Below, one piece after another: positions 52,601 through 64,000 of a stretch of DNA of 64,000 nucleotides. The first letter of the stretch is position 1, and each line of letters begins with the position of its first letter. The notes beneath the pieces are model-generated. The model saw only the letters and a program-made list of their open reading frames with translations. It did not search any database and was not told the origin of the DNA. The DNA is from Bacilli bacterium. Lineage in GTDB: Bacteria; Bacillota_I; Bacilli_A; RF39; UBA660. The stretch is taken from contig JAVWCU010000001.1 of assembly GCA_036648855.1 (NCBI GenBank), positions 3,121 to 67,120 of the forward strand, written 5' to 3'. A program made the translations under genes and the position numbers.

Positions 52601-55600
52601 GCATTAGATTGGTTTAAAGAATCGTCTATTGTAGGAGAATACTGGACAGGAACAACTGATTATCAAACAGCTGAAGAAAGAGAAGAATGGTATGAAAATG
52701 GATACCAAGCTGTTAGAGGAGGGCGTTTTTGGGGAATAGGTTCTACTTCAGAATTCAGAGGCTCTGCTATTCAATATTATCAACCTAACTATTTGAAAAG
52801 AGCACATTCTAATTGAAAAGAAATAGGTATATATGGAGATGCAGAAGAGAAATTCTCTCACAGCTGATTGCCTTCACTTAGACATCCTTTATCACCTCTC
52901 AAAGCAGCATTTGACCCATATTGATTAGAAAAAAAGAATATGGAAGATAGACCATACCCTATGACAGGTAAGATGTTCTCTGAAGGAACTCCTTGGGGAG
53001 CAGTGCTTAATCCTACTATTGGAGAAATATTAAAACCTGTTAGAACTTTGCCAGAAGTTAGAAGAAGACTTGGCAATGACGGTAGGGATATAAGATCTGT
53101 TGTAGAAGGAATAAATGAAAGAATAAAAAATAGAGCTAATGAAAATGATGATATGCTTATCATTAAAGGTACTGATATTAGAAATGCTTCTTATATTCCT
53201 TATGCTTCTCCTAATGATGGCTCTATGAATATTACATTTAGAGATGGAATGGCTATGGCTCCTGGAATAGGATATATGGAAGATGTATCTAATTTAAAAG
53301 GTTTTGTTCCTGCTAATGGAGAAATCAATGGAAATATGGATATGTCTTTAGTTGATGGAGATACAGAATTTGAACAAGCTGCTATAGGTATAACACAAGA
53401 ACTAAAACAAACTTCATATGATTCTAATTTAGTAGTTAATGATATATTATCAAATATAAATAAAGGTATTAAAAACTTAGGAGCTAAGTTTACATCTTAT
53501 GCTGGCGGCTCAAATAGTGCTTATAGTACAGATGGAACTATGCCAGATTTAGCACAAGGGACATATGTATATCAAAACTTAGTTAATCAAAGAAAAGTAT
53601 TTAATAGCAATTATTATGCTGATAACTATGACTATAAAATGCTTGATAGGAATATAGCAAATAATTACATGAGAGATTTTACAGGTTCTGTAAGAGAATT
53701 ATCTGGTATATATAATTTCTTAGGTGGTCTTGCATTTGGTGAAGATAGTTGAACATTTGAACTTGAAAATGCAAATAATATGACGAGTTTTTCTAGGCAT
53801 TTCTGAGATTCACAAGCTGGTGGAGTTGGTGGAGAATTCATGGAGATTGCTAGACGTTTTTTTGCATCAGAAGATAAATCTAGAATTAAATATAATCCTC
53901 TTAAAAATAGTATGGAAGAATGATTACCTTCAAGATTCTTAACAGGTGACCCATATACTGAACTTCCTAAAGGAGAAATGAGACTTCCTGGCAAGGGCTT
54001 TGAATCTATACATGATTTACATCCAGACCAGTTCGGTGAGTATGGTGCCTTTGATAGAATGAAGATACTTGGAGATGTTGCTCCTACTTCTGAAGAATAT
54101 AAGATATGGAGAAACATAGCTAGAAATACTATATCTGACGAAAACTTAATGAAGCAAATGGATGATATAGAACACCGTGCTCAGAAGATGTCTTCTAAAC
54201 ATGAGTTTTATGATTATAGATATTACAATAATAATCTAGATACTAAACACGGTATTGTTAAAAGTTGGAATAAAAATGTTGTAACTTTATCAAGTGGAGA
54301 ACAATTGAGACTTGGTGGTATTAATTTAACAGAAGAGGCTGACTTATCACAAGTGTTAACCGTTGGTCAAAAAATACATTACAGCTCATCTAAAGATGCT
54401 ATTAAAAAATTAGAAGATGGTATAGTAACTAATGCTGTTATCTATGAAAAACAAGGAGCATTTGGAACTAACATAAATAAATCTTTAGTAGATATGGGAA
54501 TGGCTGAAAGAGATGATCAAGATAAATCTGCTATAGGATATATGGCTAACGCTTCCAGTCTTCAACAAAGTTTAGGTATGGTCCAAGAAATGATAGGACA
54601 TGCCAATATCCCATTTGTACATAACAAATTCTTAAATATAGAAACTGCTAGAGAGTCTTATAAAAATGAGCATGTATATGGAACAACATTTGCTACTTGG
54701 GATCATCCAATAAAAGGTTTTGTTCAACCAATGTTAAATCAAACGTTTGGACAAAGTATGGCACAACATGCACTTGCAGTAGGCTCTTCTGCTTTATACT
54801 TTAGACTCAAAGAACATGGCACTAGCAAAGGTGTTAAATTTGCAGCAGGAGCAGCCATGGCTACAGCTAACCCTTCGGTTCTACTTGGTATGGGAGTAGA
54901 GTTTATAAATAAATTAGGTGTCAATGCAGTAGGTGGAGGAAGCAATTCTTTAAATATAGAAAGAGGGGCAAAGATAGGTTCTGTTATAGGGACTATAGGC
55001 TGAGGGCTTGCTAATGCAGAAAACCCATTAAAAGCAACTGCTTCATTTGCTATAGCTGGTGAAACTATATCAACTTATCTTAAAGCTGGAGAACATTATG
55101 GAGTAGGAAAAGGAGCCTTAATAGGAGCTGGTATTGGACTTGCAGTATCAGCAATAAAGAATCCTGGATTCTCTAAAGAGATGTTTAGAAGTAAGTGAAT
55201 ACCTAAAGATACTGAAAAGAAATATGAAATGGATGAATACTTTGATAGGCTTGAATACATAAAAAATAAAGGTTTATATGAACAAGCTTCTTTAAGAGCT
55301 GGATTGTTCGAAGGTAATCATACCATAAAAGCAGTATTTAGAAAATTAGATAAAAATAAAGAAAAAATAGGAAGGCTTACAAAAAAGGCTGAAAAACTTA
55401 GTAATAAACATTCAGCAGGTGGTTATGAGTATGAACAAGAAATGCTCAAAATTAATGAAAAGATAATGGCCCTTCAATCACAACAAACAGCTTTTAAAGG
55501 TGGTAAGTATACTAAGGCAGCAGTAGCTTACAAAAAAGCAATGGACTCTACCATATATGGAATGAGCGAAGGAGCAACGCCAGACGAAATATTATCTTCT

Positions 55601-56152
55601 GTACCTGTTCAATATAAAGACCACTTTAAATCTTTCATAGACGAAAGAAGTAAAAGTGAACGAAAAAAAATATTAAAAGAATTACCAGAATATCTACGTA
55701 AGCCTTTACAAATTGCTTGGGGTGAAAATGTTGACAAAATAGATAGTAATGGAAAGTTTTTCAAAAAACATGAATTACCATCTATGGCATGAAAAGGATG
55801 AAAGCCTAGCATAAATCTAAAACATGTTAAGATGAAAACTATTCAAAACGAAGGTATGTTGCTTTCTAATTTTGGATATTACGATTCTGAAAAATCTAAA
55901 ATGGAATATCATATGGCACCTGATATAAATAATTTTGATAAAGGCGGTAGCAGTGGCTTAAGTTATATGGCCAGTATGACGGCAGCATTGTCAGGAGTTG
56001 GAATGACAGTACAAAACATTACTGTTGAACCAACATCCGCTCCAGGATTATGAATAGTTGGAGATATAAAACAAACTGCTAAAGATATAGGTAAGATAGG
56101 TGATTATGCAGTAAACTCAGGAATTCAAACTCTAACTTCACTATTATTCTAA
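49625..56152 (+). CDS. tail tape measure protein (2175 aa) with 13 in-frame TGA
   Basis: seven track ORFs (49625, 50381, 51257, 52940, 53978, 55229, 55832) are all in one frame. Every gap was checked codon by codon and contains only TGA, never TAA/TAG, until TAA 56150-56152. Gly-rich hydrophobic stretch GALIGAGIGLAVSAI near the C-terminus. Sits after the chaperones. GAAGGTGA RBS with TTG start. Confidence 0.65.
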
Positions 56153-56166
56153 AGGGGCTGATAAAA

Positions 56167-56463
56167 ATGAATATAACTCAATTTTTAAATCTTGATGCGA
56201 CTATAATAGTAGCAGCTATAGGATTGTTAGGAACTGTTTATACAGTTAGGACAAACACTTTATTACAACACAATAAACAACTTATGGAAATGTTTGAAAT
56301 TCAACAAGATGAATTAATTAAGCTGAAAGAGCAACATTCAGAGGAAACAAGAAGGCTTGAAGAAAAAATATTATTGCTAACAACTGAAAATACCGATTTA
56401 AGAAAAGAAGTTATAGATTTAAAACTTACATTAGGTCGTATTAACAAAGAGTTTAGTATATAA
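56167..56463 (+). CDS. small membrane/coiled-coil protein (98 aa)
   Basis: N-terminal TM helix IIVAAIGLLGTVYTV. AAGGGG RBS. Followed by a strong terminator. Confidence 0.5.
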   Translation: MNITQFLNLDATIIVAAIGLLGTVYTVRTNTLLQHNKQLMEMFEIQQDELIKLKEQHSEETRRLEEKILLLTTENTDLRKEVIDLKLTLGRINKEFSI

Positions 56464-56480
56464 AAAATATCATGAAATTA

Positions 56481-56508
56481 AGACCACTAATTAAGGTGGT
56501 CTTTTTTC
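56481..56508 (+). terminator. rho-independent terminator
   Basis: AGACCAC-TAATTAAG-GTGGTCT followed by TTTTTT. Confidence 0.65.
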
Positions 56509-56555
56509 TGTAATATAATAACAACTATAATTATTGTTTAGAAAGGAATGATAAC

Positions 56556-59500
56556 ATGGCTTATAATAAAAAGACAACCGTATATGAATCTAATTATGAT
56601 TTAGCTTTAAAAGCTAAGTTAAAACAACAAGCTATCAAAAAGATGGAAGATAGAAACACTATGTCTAAAGAAGATATGTTTAACTATTTAGAATACTTAG
56701 CTCCTGGTAATGATTATGTAAAAGAAAGCAATCTAATAATCAAAGCTAGTAAAAATAAAGTATTGAAAAATAAAAGTTTAAGACCCGATTACAAAGACGT
56801 TAATGATATATTAAAAAACTTAAAAGAATATAATTTTTATGACATTATATCTAATAAAAACCAGACAGGTTCTGAACTGATTAAAAAGACTATAGATTTC
56901 AATGGGAAGATATTTCATAGTAATCAAAAAGGAGGTTCATCAAATGAATCTTTAGGTACATGGAATGAATCTTTTAGAAATTTCACTAGTTTAAAAAAAC
57001 AAGCTAAACTAGGAAATGAAGCAACTGTATTTGGATTTGACTTAGAGACTGTCGGAAGTTCACTTCCTGAAGGCATGTGGAAAGCGGATCACATAACAGA
57101 GTTTTCTATGCAAGAGATGAATTTAGCAACTAATGAAATATTAAGAAATGACACTATTGCTATTGGTCTAACAGAAGACCAAGGTAAGAAAATTATTGAT
57201 GATATAGAAAAAGCTATTAAAAGTGGAACTTTAGAAAAGAACGAAAATTTAAGAGTTTCTGCTATGAGATATAGTTTATATGGAGATGATAAAGTTACAT
57301 ATGAAAAAACAGCTGAAGGATATTATAAATTTACAAATTTTATAGATTCTAAAAAACATGAAATGTATAACATTGAAAAAATCAAAGCTGGTGTAAACAA
57401 GTTCGTCTCTATGGGTAATGACACTGATTATATAAATGGAGTAAGAGCAGATCACTATTATGTAGGACAATCAATAAAACATATGAAAGACAAAGTAGTT
57501 GATAAACAAACTGCTATGTTATTAGGACAAAATCATTTAGGACATGATAATCCTATTATGCAATATCAAATGTCTTTATGAAATGAACTATATAAAGATA
57601 AAACTAATATGTTCGAAAATCTAGATTTAACAATGTCACCAAATCAAACAATAGATTTACTTGGAGGCCTTAGACTTCATTCAGAATATTACGATACAGG
57701 AGATTTATATCCTAAAGCAAAAGGATTAAATATGTCTGAAGTTAAAACTATTAGAGGGCAAGAATACTTAGTACAAAGTCACTTAAAAAAATGGTTTGAA
57801 CAAAAAGGATTAAAACCCCATTTAGCAGAAGATGATGTTACAGCTTTACTTGGATTATTTACTATGGATTCAGAAATATTAAAAAGTGGAACTTTAGTTG
57901 ATTTAATAGGCGATAAGATGTCTAAAGTTAATTATAAAGAAACAGCTTTAGAAACAAATAAGCATATTTTAAAAGCTAAAAAAAGAGCTGGTCTTTATCA
58001 AGGTAAAGGTTATTTAAATTTTGCTAATGACAAAGAAGGGAATATATATACTGCCAGTGATCATATCTTAAGTGATACAGATGGATTTGCTAAATCTAAC
58101 GGAGGAGTTATTCATAATGATTTCAATGTTGGTGCAGGAATCAATAAAGGGGCATTTTATGATTTAAAAGATATACAAGAAATAACTATTGATGACAATA
58201 TAAGATCTCAAATAGATAAAGTAGCACCAGAGTATTCTGGAAATAAATTATACCATGTTAAACTTGGAATGATAACTTCAGATAATCACAAAGATACTAG
58301 ACTTGGAAATTTAGAGCAAAATATAATATTAAAAAGTGAACAAGAATTACAAGGATTCTTAAGTTCTACATTTGATGTTGTAGCAAAAAGAGATGAAAAT
58401 GGAAATATACAAATAGCTAAAGAACATATAGAAGATTTTGATATTAGAAAACTATCAGATGTTAAAGGAAGAGCTGTAGCTAAAGATGTTAATAAAAATT
58501 ATGATAAAAATCATAATGAATTATTAGAATCAGCTGTAGAAGCTCATAATAAAAAGCTATTAGTTTCTAGAGCTGAAAATTCATTTTTACAAGATGATTC
58601 ATTTAATAAATTATCAAAAGCTTTAACTTTAAAAGATGACTTAAAAGATTTCTTAGAACAAGAAAATGTAAAAGTAGAAAGTTTAAAACAAAAAGAAATA
58701 AACCAAATTATGTCTGCTAAAGTTGCTAGTGGCAATATGCCTTTAGGTTTAAATGAAGTACAGCTTGAACATGCCAAAGAAATAATAAATAATGCATTGT
58801 CTTACAAAAAAGATTATGCAGATCCTAATTCAATTACAAGAGTACTTGATTCATCTATAGACAACTATTCATCAGCTATGATTTATGTTGAAAACAATAA
58901 TAATGTATTGTCTAAAATAATAGATACATTAAAACAAAGTGAAATGTTTACAAAAGAAGATGGTAGATATAAAAATTCAACTAAAGAATATAGACAAGAA
59001 GTATTCAATAGAGTTTACAAAAAAGTGAAAGAAGAAACTGCAGAACATATTTATAGAAATCTAAATGTTAACAACCCTATAAAAAACAAAAGTATTTTAA
59101 ATGACGAAACTTTACAAGCTGCTGTAAGTGAATTTAGAAACATATATGAAGTTGATTATAACAAGATAGCTAAAACTCCTAAAGTAAACTTTGTTAGTAT
59201 TGCTAAACCAGAAGAATTACAAAATTTAGTAAAGTTAGATATATCAACAAAAGGTGCTTCATATAAATTAACTGATGCTGCTATAGATGCTGTCTATGGC
59301 AAAGATTATAAAAGAAAAATAGATAATGCTCATAAAAATGTAGCTGTTGCAAAAATGTTTAATTTATTAATGGAAGATGAAAATTTAAAAGAAACAGATG
59401 CTTTTAAAGGTATTATGTCTAGATACGGATATAATGAAAAGACTAAAAGTTTTAAAGAAAATATAAATCATATAGATATATCTGAGCGTATTGTTTCTGG

Positions 59501-62500
59501 CATGCAATCATTAAAAGAAAAGAATGTTACAGCTGGAATAGTTAATACAAAAAGAGCTTTTATGAAATCTTTAGAAGGAACCTCTGGTTATACCAAAGCT
59601 TTAAACAGCGAAGAAGTATTAAATAAAGTAGATGATATAGCAAAAAGTGTTTTAGATAATTTAGATATGACAATTATAAACACAGCTAAACCAAAAGATC
59701 AAATATCAGAATTAGTTGAAAATAAGATATTAAAACATTATATAGCTGATAGCAATACTGTTGAAAAAGCTCAAGATTGGGTTAATAATCCTCAATTAGA
59801 AATGTTATATAAAAAAGGAAAAAAAGATTTAAAAGAATATCTTACTGATACAATATATGGATTTACTAAATTAGGAGCAGAAGTCTCTGTACAAGAAAAT
59901 GGTGCATTAATTGTTTCTAGAAATGGTGAAACAAAAGCTTTAGAAACAATACCTAAAATACTTTTAAATGATAAAACTTTATACACAGAAATAGGCAGTC
60001 AAAAGTTTCAGTTTAATAGAGTGTTAGATATTAAAGGTGGTACAAGATTAGAAGGAGATGTAAAGACTACTATAAGTAGTATCAATAAGTATAGCAATAG
60101 TGCTTATGTTGATAAGTTAGCAGAAGAATTTGATCTTAATAAAGTTTATGATTCTTTATGGTCACGTATAGGAAGAGATATAAATGAAATAAGAAAAGGT
60201 TCAACTATTAATGGATTCAGTGGAAATGATATCATATCGAATTACAATGTTGATATGGGTGAAATCAAAAATGTATTATATGATATATTTAATAAAGATG
60301 GCAATCATTATGGATTATTTGATAACATAGATTTCCCTGATAAACAAATACAAGAAACATTAAAAAAGAAACTAGAAAATGTAGGTCCTAATAAACTTGA
60401 TAATAAAGGACAATTAAAAGAACTAGGGCCAGATATTACTAGAGATATTGCAAAAGATACTATTCATATGTTGCAAGAATTAGCTAATAAACAAGGTTTT
60501 ACAGATGACTTTAAAACAATCGTAGCTCAATTAGGATTATCTGGACAAGAAAAAAGAGTAGCTGGATTAACAGCCTACTCTGGAATAGAAAGACCTACAA
60601 ACTCTGTATTTGGTGTATTCGATAATGTACAAAGACCGCCTATTACTCAGTCTGGTAATGCAAAATTCTTAAGAGAATCTGATATAGAAAAAGCTAAAGA
60701 TTTAAATGTATTAGCTGGAAACGTAATTAGTTCTGCGTCTATGAATGCTAAAGGATATAGAAATTTTGATGGGGTAGGAAAAGCTTCAACAGATGTAATG
60801 ATGGATATATCTTATGTATCTACAAACGCTTTACATGTATTAATGGAGAGTAACTTTGAAGACGTTATTAATAAATCTAGTGTAGAATATGGAACAAAAG
60901 AAGCATCCAAAAAAGCTATGGAGCATTTAAAGAGTACACTATCTACATTTGAACAAGAAAGAATTATTGACTCTAGAGTTCATGAAGCTGTATATGGATT
61001 ACAAACAGCTAATACTCAAAAGCTTAGTAGAAATCTAGATGCAATAGGTATGTCTAAAGAACTTACAGATGAAGAATTCAAAAAGCAATTTGATTTCATA
61101 ACTAATCATAGAGGCAATTTTTCATATTCTAATGGTAAGCTAGAATTTAAATCTTCTGTTGGTACATATGTTAAACGAGGAGAAGGAACTATACAAACTA
61201 AAGGTTTTGCAGATTTACCTACATCGTTCTCTTCTAAAATGAAAGATGGAGTATTTAATTTTAATTTCTATAATGAAAATGGAATGAAACTTAGAGATAA
61301 TGAAATAAATAATTTAATAAATGATAATATAGAACACTTTATTAAAGATGGCAAACTTGTAGATAAAGCAGCTTTGCCAAAAATATTAGAAGATTTATTA
61401 GAAACTAAAAATATTAAAGGTCAATATGCTATAGAAGATGCAGCCGCTTTAGGATACGCTAAAACAATGACTAGCGGTGCTGAAAAAGGTATGACTGATA
61501 TTGTATATGCTACTACTGGTAGATACAATAAAGAAATAGAAAAAGTCTTTAAAAATATTGGCATGTGGGATGATGTTAAAGCAAAAGTTTTAACAGAAGA
61601 AGGAACAGATGCTATATTGAAAAGAGGTATGGATAGATTTATAGGTAAACATACAGATATGACTCCTGAGCAAAATATACTTCATGGAACTAGCTTTAAA
61701 AATATTAAAGAATTAAAATCAGCAATGGAAACAGAAAGACATATGAATTCTAAATTATTGTTTGAACATGTACTTGGCGGTAAGACTCATATGTTAGCAA
61801 ATGATAATATATTAGGACATGAAAACTTTGGAGCGATGTATCAAGGTTCTTTATCTAAAGCTATAGATCTTTTTGGTAAAAATCATAAAGATGGTTCAGA
61901 TGGAGCTATTAAAGAAATTATTGACATCATGAATAATGGTGTTGAAAAAACTTTAAAAGATGGTACTGTAAAGAAGATAGATGCTTCAGAATTTCAATTT
62001 TTAGAAAACTGGAATCTTAAAGATGGTAAAGTTGACATAGGAAACATAGGAGTTCAATATAAAAATGGTCGATTCCATATCAATGAAAATTTTTTAACTA
62101 ATCCAGACAATGTATCTAATCTTAATTCAAAGAAATTCAATAATTTATTAAGAGAGATAGATTCAAGATTTGCTAAAGACGACTCTTCTGATGATAGATT
62201 AGTATGGAATAATGTTTATATGCAAACTGGAGATGTGGACGAAAAAGGAACACCTGTTTTAAAAAAAGTAGATGAAGTCGTTGGTTCATTTTTCACTAGA
62301 GAAATAGATGGAAAAAGAGTAATACTTGGTACTCAATCTAGAGAAAATAATAAATATGTTACAGATGTAGAAACACAATCTGGAGTAACAGATGAATATT
62401 TCCAACTAAAAAAAGCTATTAAAAAAAATAAAATAGATTTAATAAATAATCAAAAGTCATTAAATGAAACTGATGATAAGCATTTAAAAGCATCGCTAAT

Positions 62501-63416
62501 AGAAGAAAAAATTTCATTAGAAGCAAAAGGGCATAAATTAGAATCTGAATTAAGCTCTTATGATGGTGCTGTAAAAACAATGAAAGTATCTGATCAAGAA
62601 TTATCTATTTATAACAGAGTTGCTATAACTCAATCCCATGTTAATAAAGTCAATGATTTAATAAGCGAAGGTAAAATAACTGATGAATCATTAGCAGTAG
62701 ATTCTCTAAGAGGACATGTTATAAAAAATGTTGATGGCCAAATAATGTTAGAAGGCCTTGGGCTTGAAAATGAATTAAATTCAAATAAAGATGTCTATAG
62801 CAAAGGTGGAATTAGAGTACTAGATCCTTTTGTATCAAGATTAAAAGAGAAATTGCTTTTCAATGAATTAGAGGATGAAGTATTAACAATGAAATATGTT
62901 AATAAACATCCAGAACTTCTAGACATATATAATAAAGCAGATAGCAGAGGAGAAACAATAGGAATTAATAAAGCTAAAGAAATACATCAAGGACAGCTCT
63001 CTATAGATTCATATAATTTCAATCTTAGCTCACAAACATCTGAACAAGTTAAAGCATTAGAAAATAAAGGTTTTAGAAGAACTAATATAAATGAATTATC
63101 TTTTGATGCTGATGATGTTGCTACAGAGAATTTATTAATTGACTTTGGTGAGGAATTTAAAGAACATAGATATTTAGCAGTTCCTGGCAACGGTAAATCT
63201 ATAATGGATGAAGATCTTAGAAAAGAAAGTCAAAATCAATTAGCAAGTCTTCAACATAGATACCAAGAGTATGCATCTTACAAAGGAAAAGATCCTGAAA
63301 AAACAGAGCAATTATGAAATAACATCATTAAACAAAGAGATGATGTCATGGATACAATAGAAAATGAGATGTACGGTAAGCATGGTATATTCCATAATGC
63401 TTCTAAAGTTGAAATA
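56556..63416 (+). CDS. giant virion-associated protein (2286 aa); two in-frame TGA (57579, 63315)
   Basis: fragments 56556..57581 and 57609..63317 share a frame. Reading TGA 63315 as Trp adds 33 codons to TAG 63414-63416; checked. Lies downstream of the tape measure gene. Confidence 0.6.
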
Positions 63417-64000
63417 GATAATGCTTCTTATCGTTTAAAAGCTTCTGGTATAATAGGAGACCAAACTAATCCTACTCTTAGAAACTATGCTTCTCATAAT
63501 GGAGTTAATGTTATAGATTCTTCTAAAGCTGGAGTATTAGATATCGCTATAATAGATGGAAAGACAATAACTGAATTAGAAAGCAAAGGAGTTTATCATG
63601 ATTATAAATTTGTATCTAGAGATCAAATGGATAACATGGGATTCTTTAGAGAAGACAGGCTTAAACAATTTGGATTTGAAGATGATGCTAGCAGTACTGC
63701 TATTGAAAAAATGGAGGATTTTTTAAAGACTCATGGTACTATGGATTTATCCGACCGTTATCCAAATACAAAAACAGGTTCTATCTCTACTGCTAGAGTA
63801 TTTTTAGACAGCACTTTAACTGGAAACCAAACTAAGGTTTCAGCATCGTTAGCTCTTAAAGCTAATGGAGACTTTGATGGAGATTCATTCTCTTCTTTCC
63901 ATTTAGAAAAATATGATAGCGAAGGTCGTAGAATAGACGGAGCTTATTATTCTAAAGTAAAAATTGATATAACTAAACAACTCAATGACGAAGGAATACT
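63368..64000 (+). CDS. two-barrel RNA-polymerase-like protein, N-terminal 211 aa (gene runs off the right edge)
   Basis: Frame +2, open from TAA 63329-63331; ATG 63368. GKHGIFHNASKV (63374-63409) resembles the beta motif GRHGNKGVISKI. NGDFDGDSFSSFH (63863-63901) resembles the beta-prime NADFDGD..H motif. No stop to the window end; checked codon by codon. Confidence 0.5.

Noticed and set aside
63318-63416. Simple continuation of the giant gene into the RNAP-like sequence in frame 0
   Set aside because: Codon-by-codon check shows frame 0 hits TAG at 63414 after 33 codons. The RNAP-like sequence is in frame +2, so it is a separate overlapping ORF or requires a -1 frameshift.
18470-64000. Genetic code 25 (TGA as Gly) or a plain mollicute code-4 host as the explanation for in-frame TGA
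   Set aside because: TGA sits where Trp fits the aligned T4 gp17 sequence or a conserved family motif (TerL NPNW and W-IFIDE, and LAGLIDADG YIDGDG-W). TGA is completely absent from about 4800 codons of minus-strand genes, which use TGG for Trp. A native code-4 genome would use TGA throughout. Gly cannot be excluded at individual non-conserved sites.

Overview
AT-rich (roughly 28 % GC) tailed-phage DNA. The window has two divergently transcribed halves separated by a 650-nt switch region (17816-18469).

Left half, minus strand, 1-17815: about 22 tightly packed genes with Shine-Dalgarno sites and TAA/TAG stops. Most are hypothetical. Recognisable products are a GIY-YIG endonuclease, two tandem HExxH metallopeptidase-like paralogs, a coiled-coil protein and three large unknown proteins (495, 692 and 726 aa). 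This half looks like an early or middle region.

Right half, plus strand, 18470-64000, is the virion morphogenesis module:
- internal, Gly-rich proteins;
- a terminase-ATPase paralog;
- a large terminase gene split into four exons by three group I introns, each carrying a free-standing LAGLIDADG homing endonuclease;
- GroES;
- portal;
- an HK97/S78-type prohead protease fused to a scaffold-like tail;
- T4 gp23/gp24-family capsid protein(s);
- a 946-aa contractile sheath;
- three tube-like paralogs;
- a 2175-aa tape measure protein;
- a 2286-aa giant protein;
- the 5' part of an ORF carrying multisubunit-RNAP beta and beta-prime signature motifs.

Key observation: the plus-strand genes can only be read as full-length proteins if TGA is translated as Trp (table-4-like). 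There are about 38 in-frame TGA codons, 13 of them in the tape measure gene. The whole minus-strand block has no in-frame TGA at all and uses only TGG for Trp. No gene uses TGA as a stop. This is the signature of stop-codon recoding restricted to late genes, not a uniformly code-4 genome.

Several conserved non-coding elements are present:
- a promoter/leader box recurring before minus-strand genes;
- an 800-nt structured ORF-free region with a tandem array of that box;
- a second conserved leader class;
- iteron-like tandem repeats;
- long inverted repeats;
- clear rho-independent terminators after the highly expressed structural genes.

No rRNA, convincing tRNA or CRISPR array was found by eye. 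All coordinates of recoded genes below were checked codon by codon across the in-frame TGA positions. Functional calls rest on motifs recognised by eye and carry the stated confidences.
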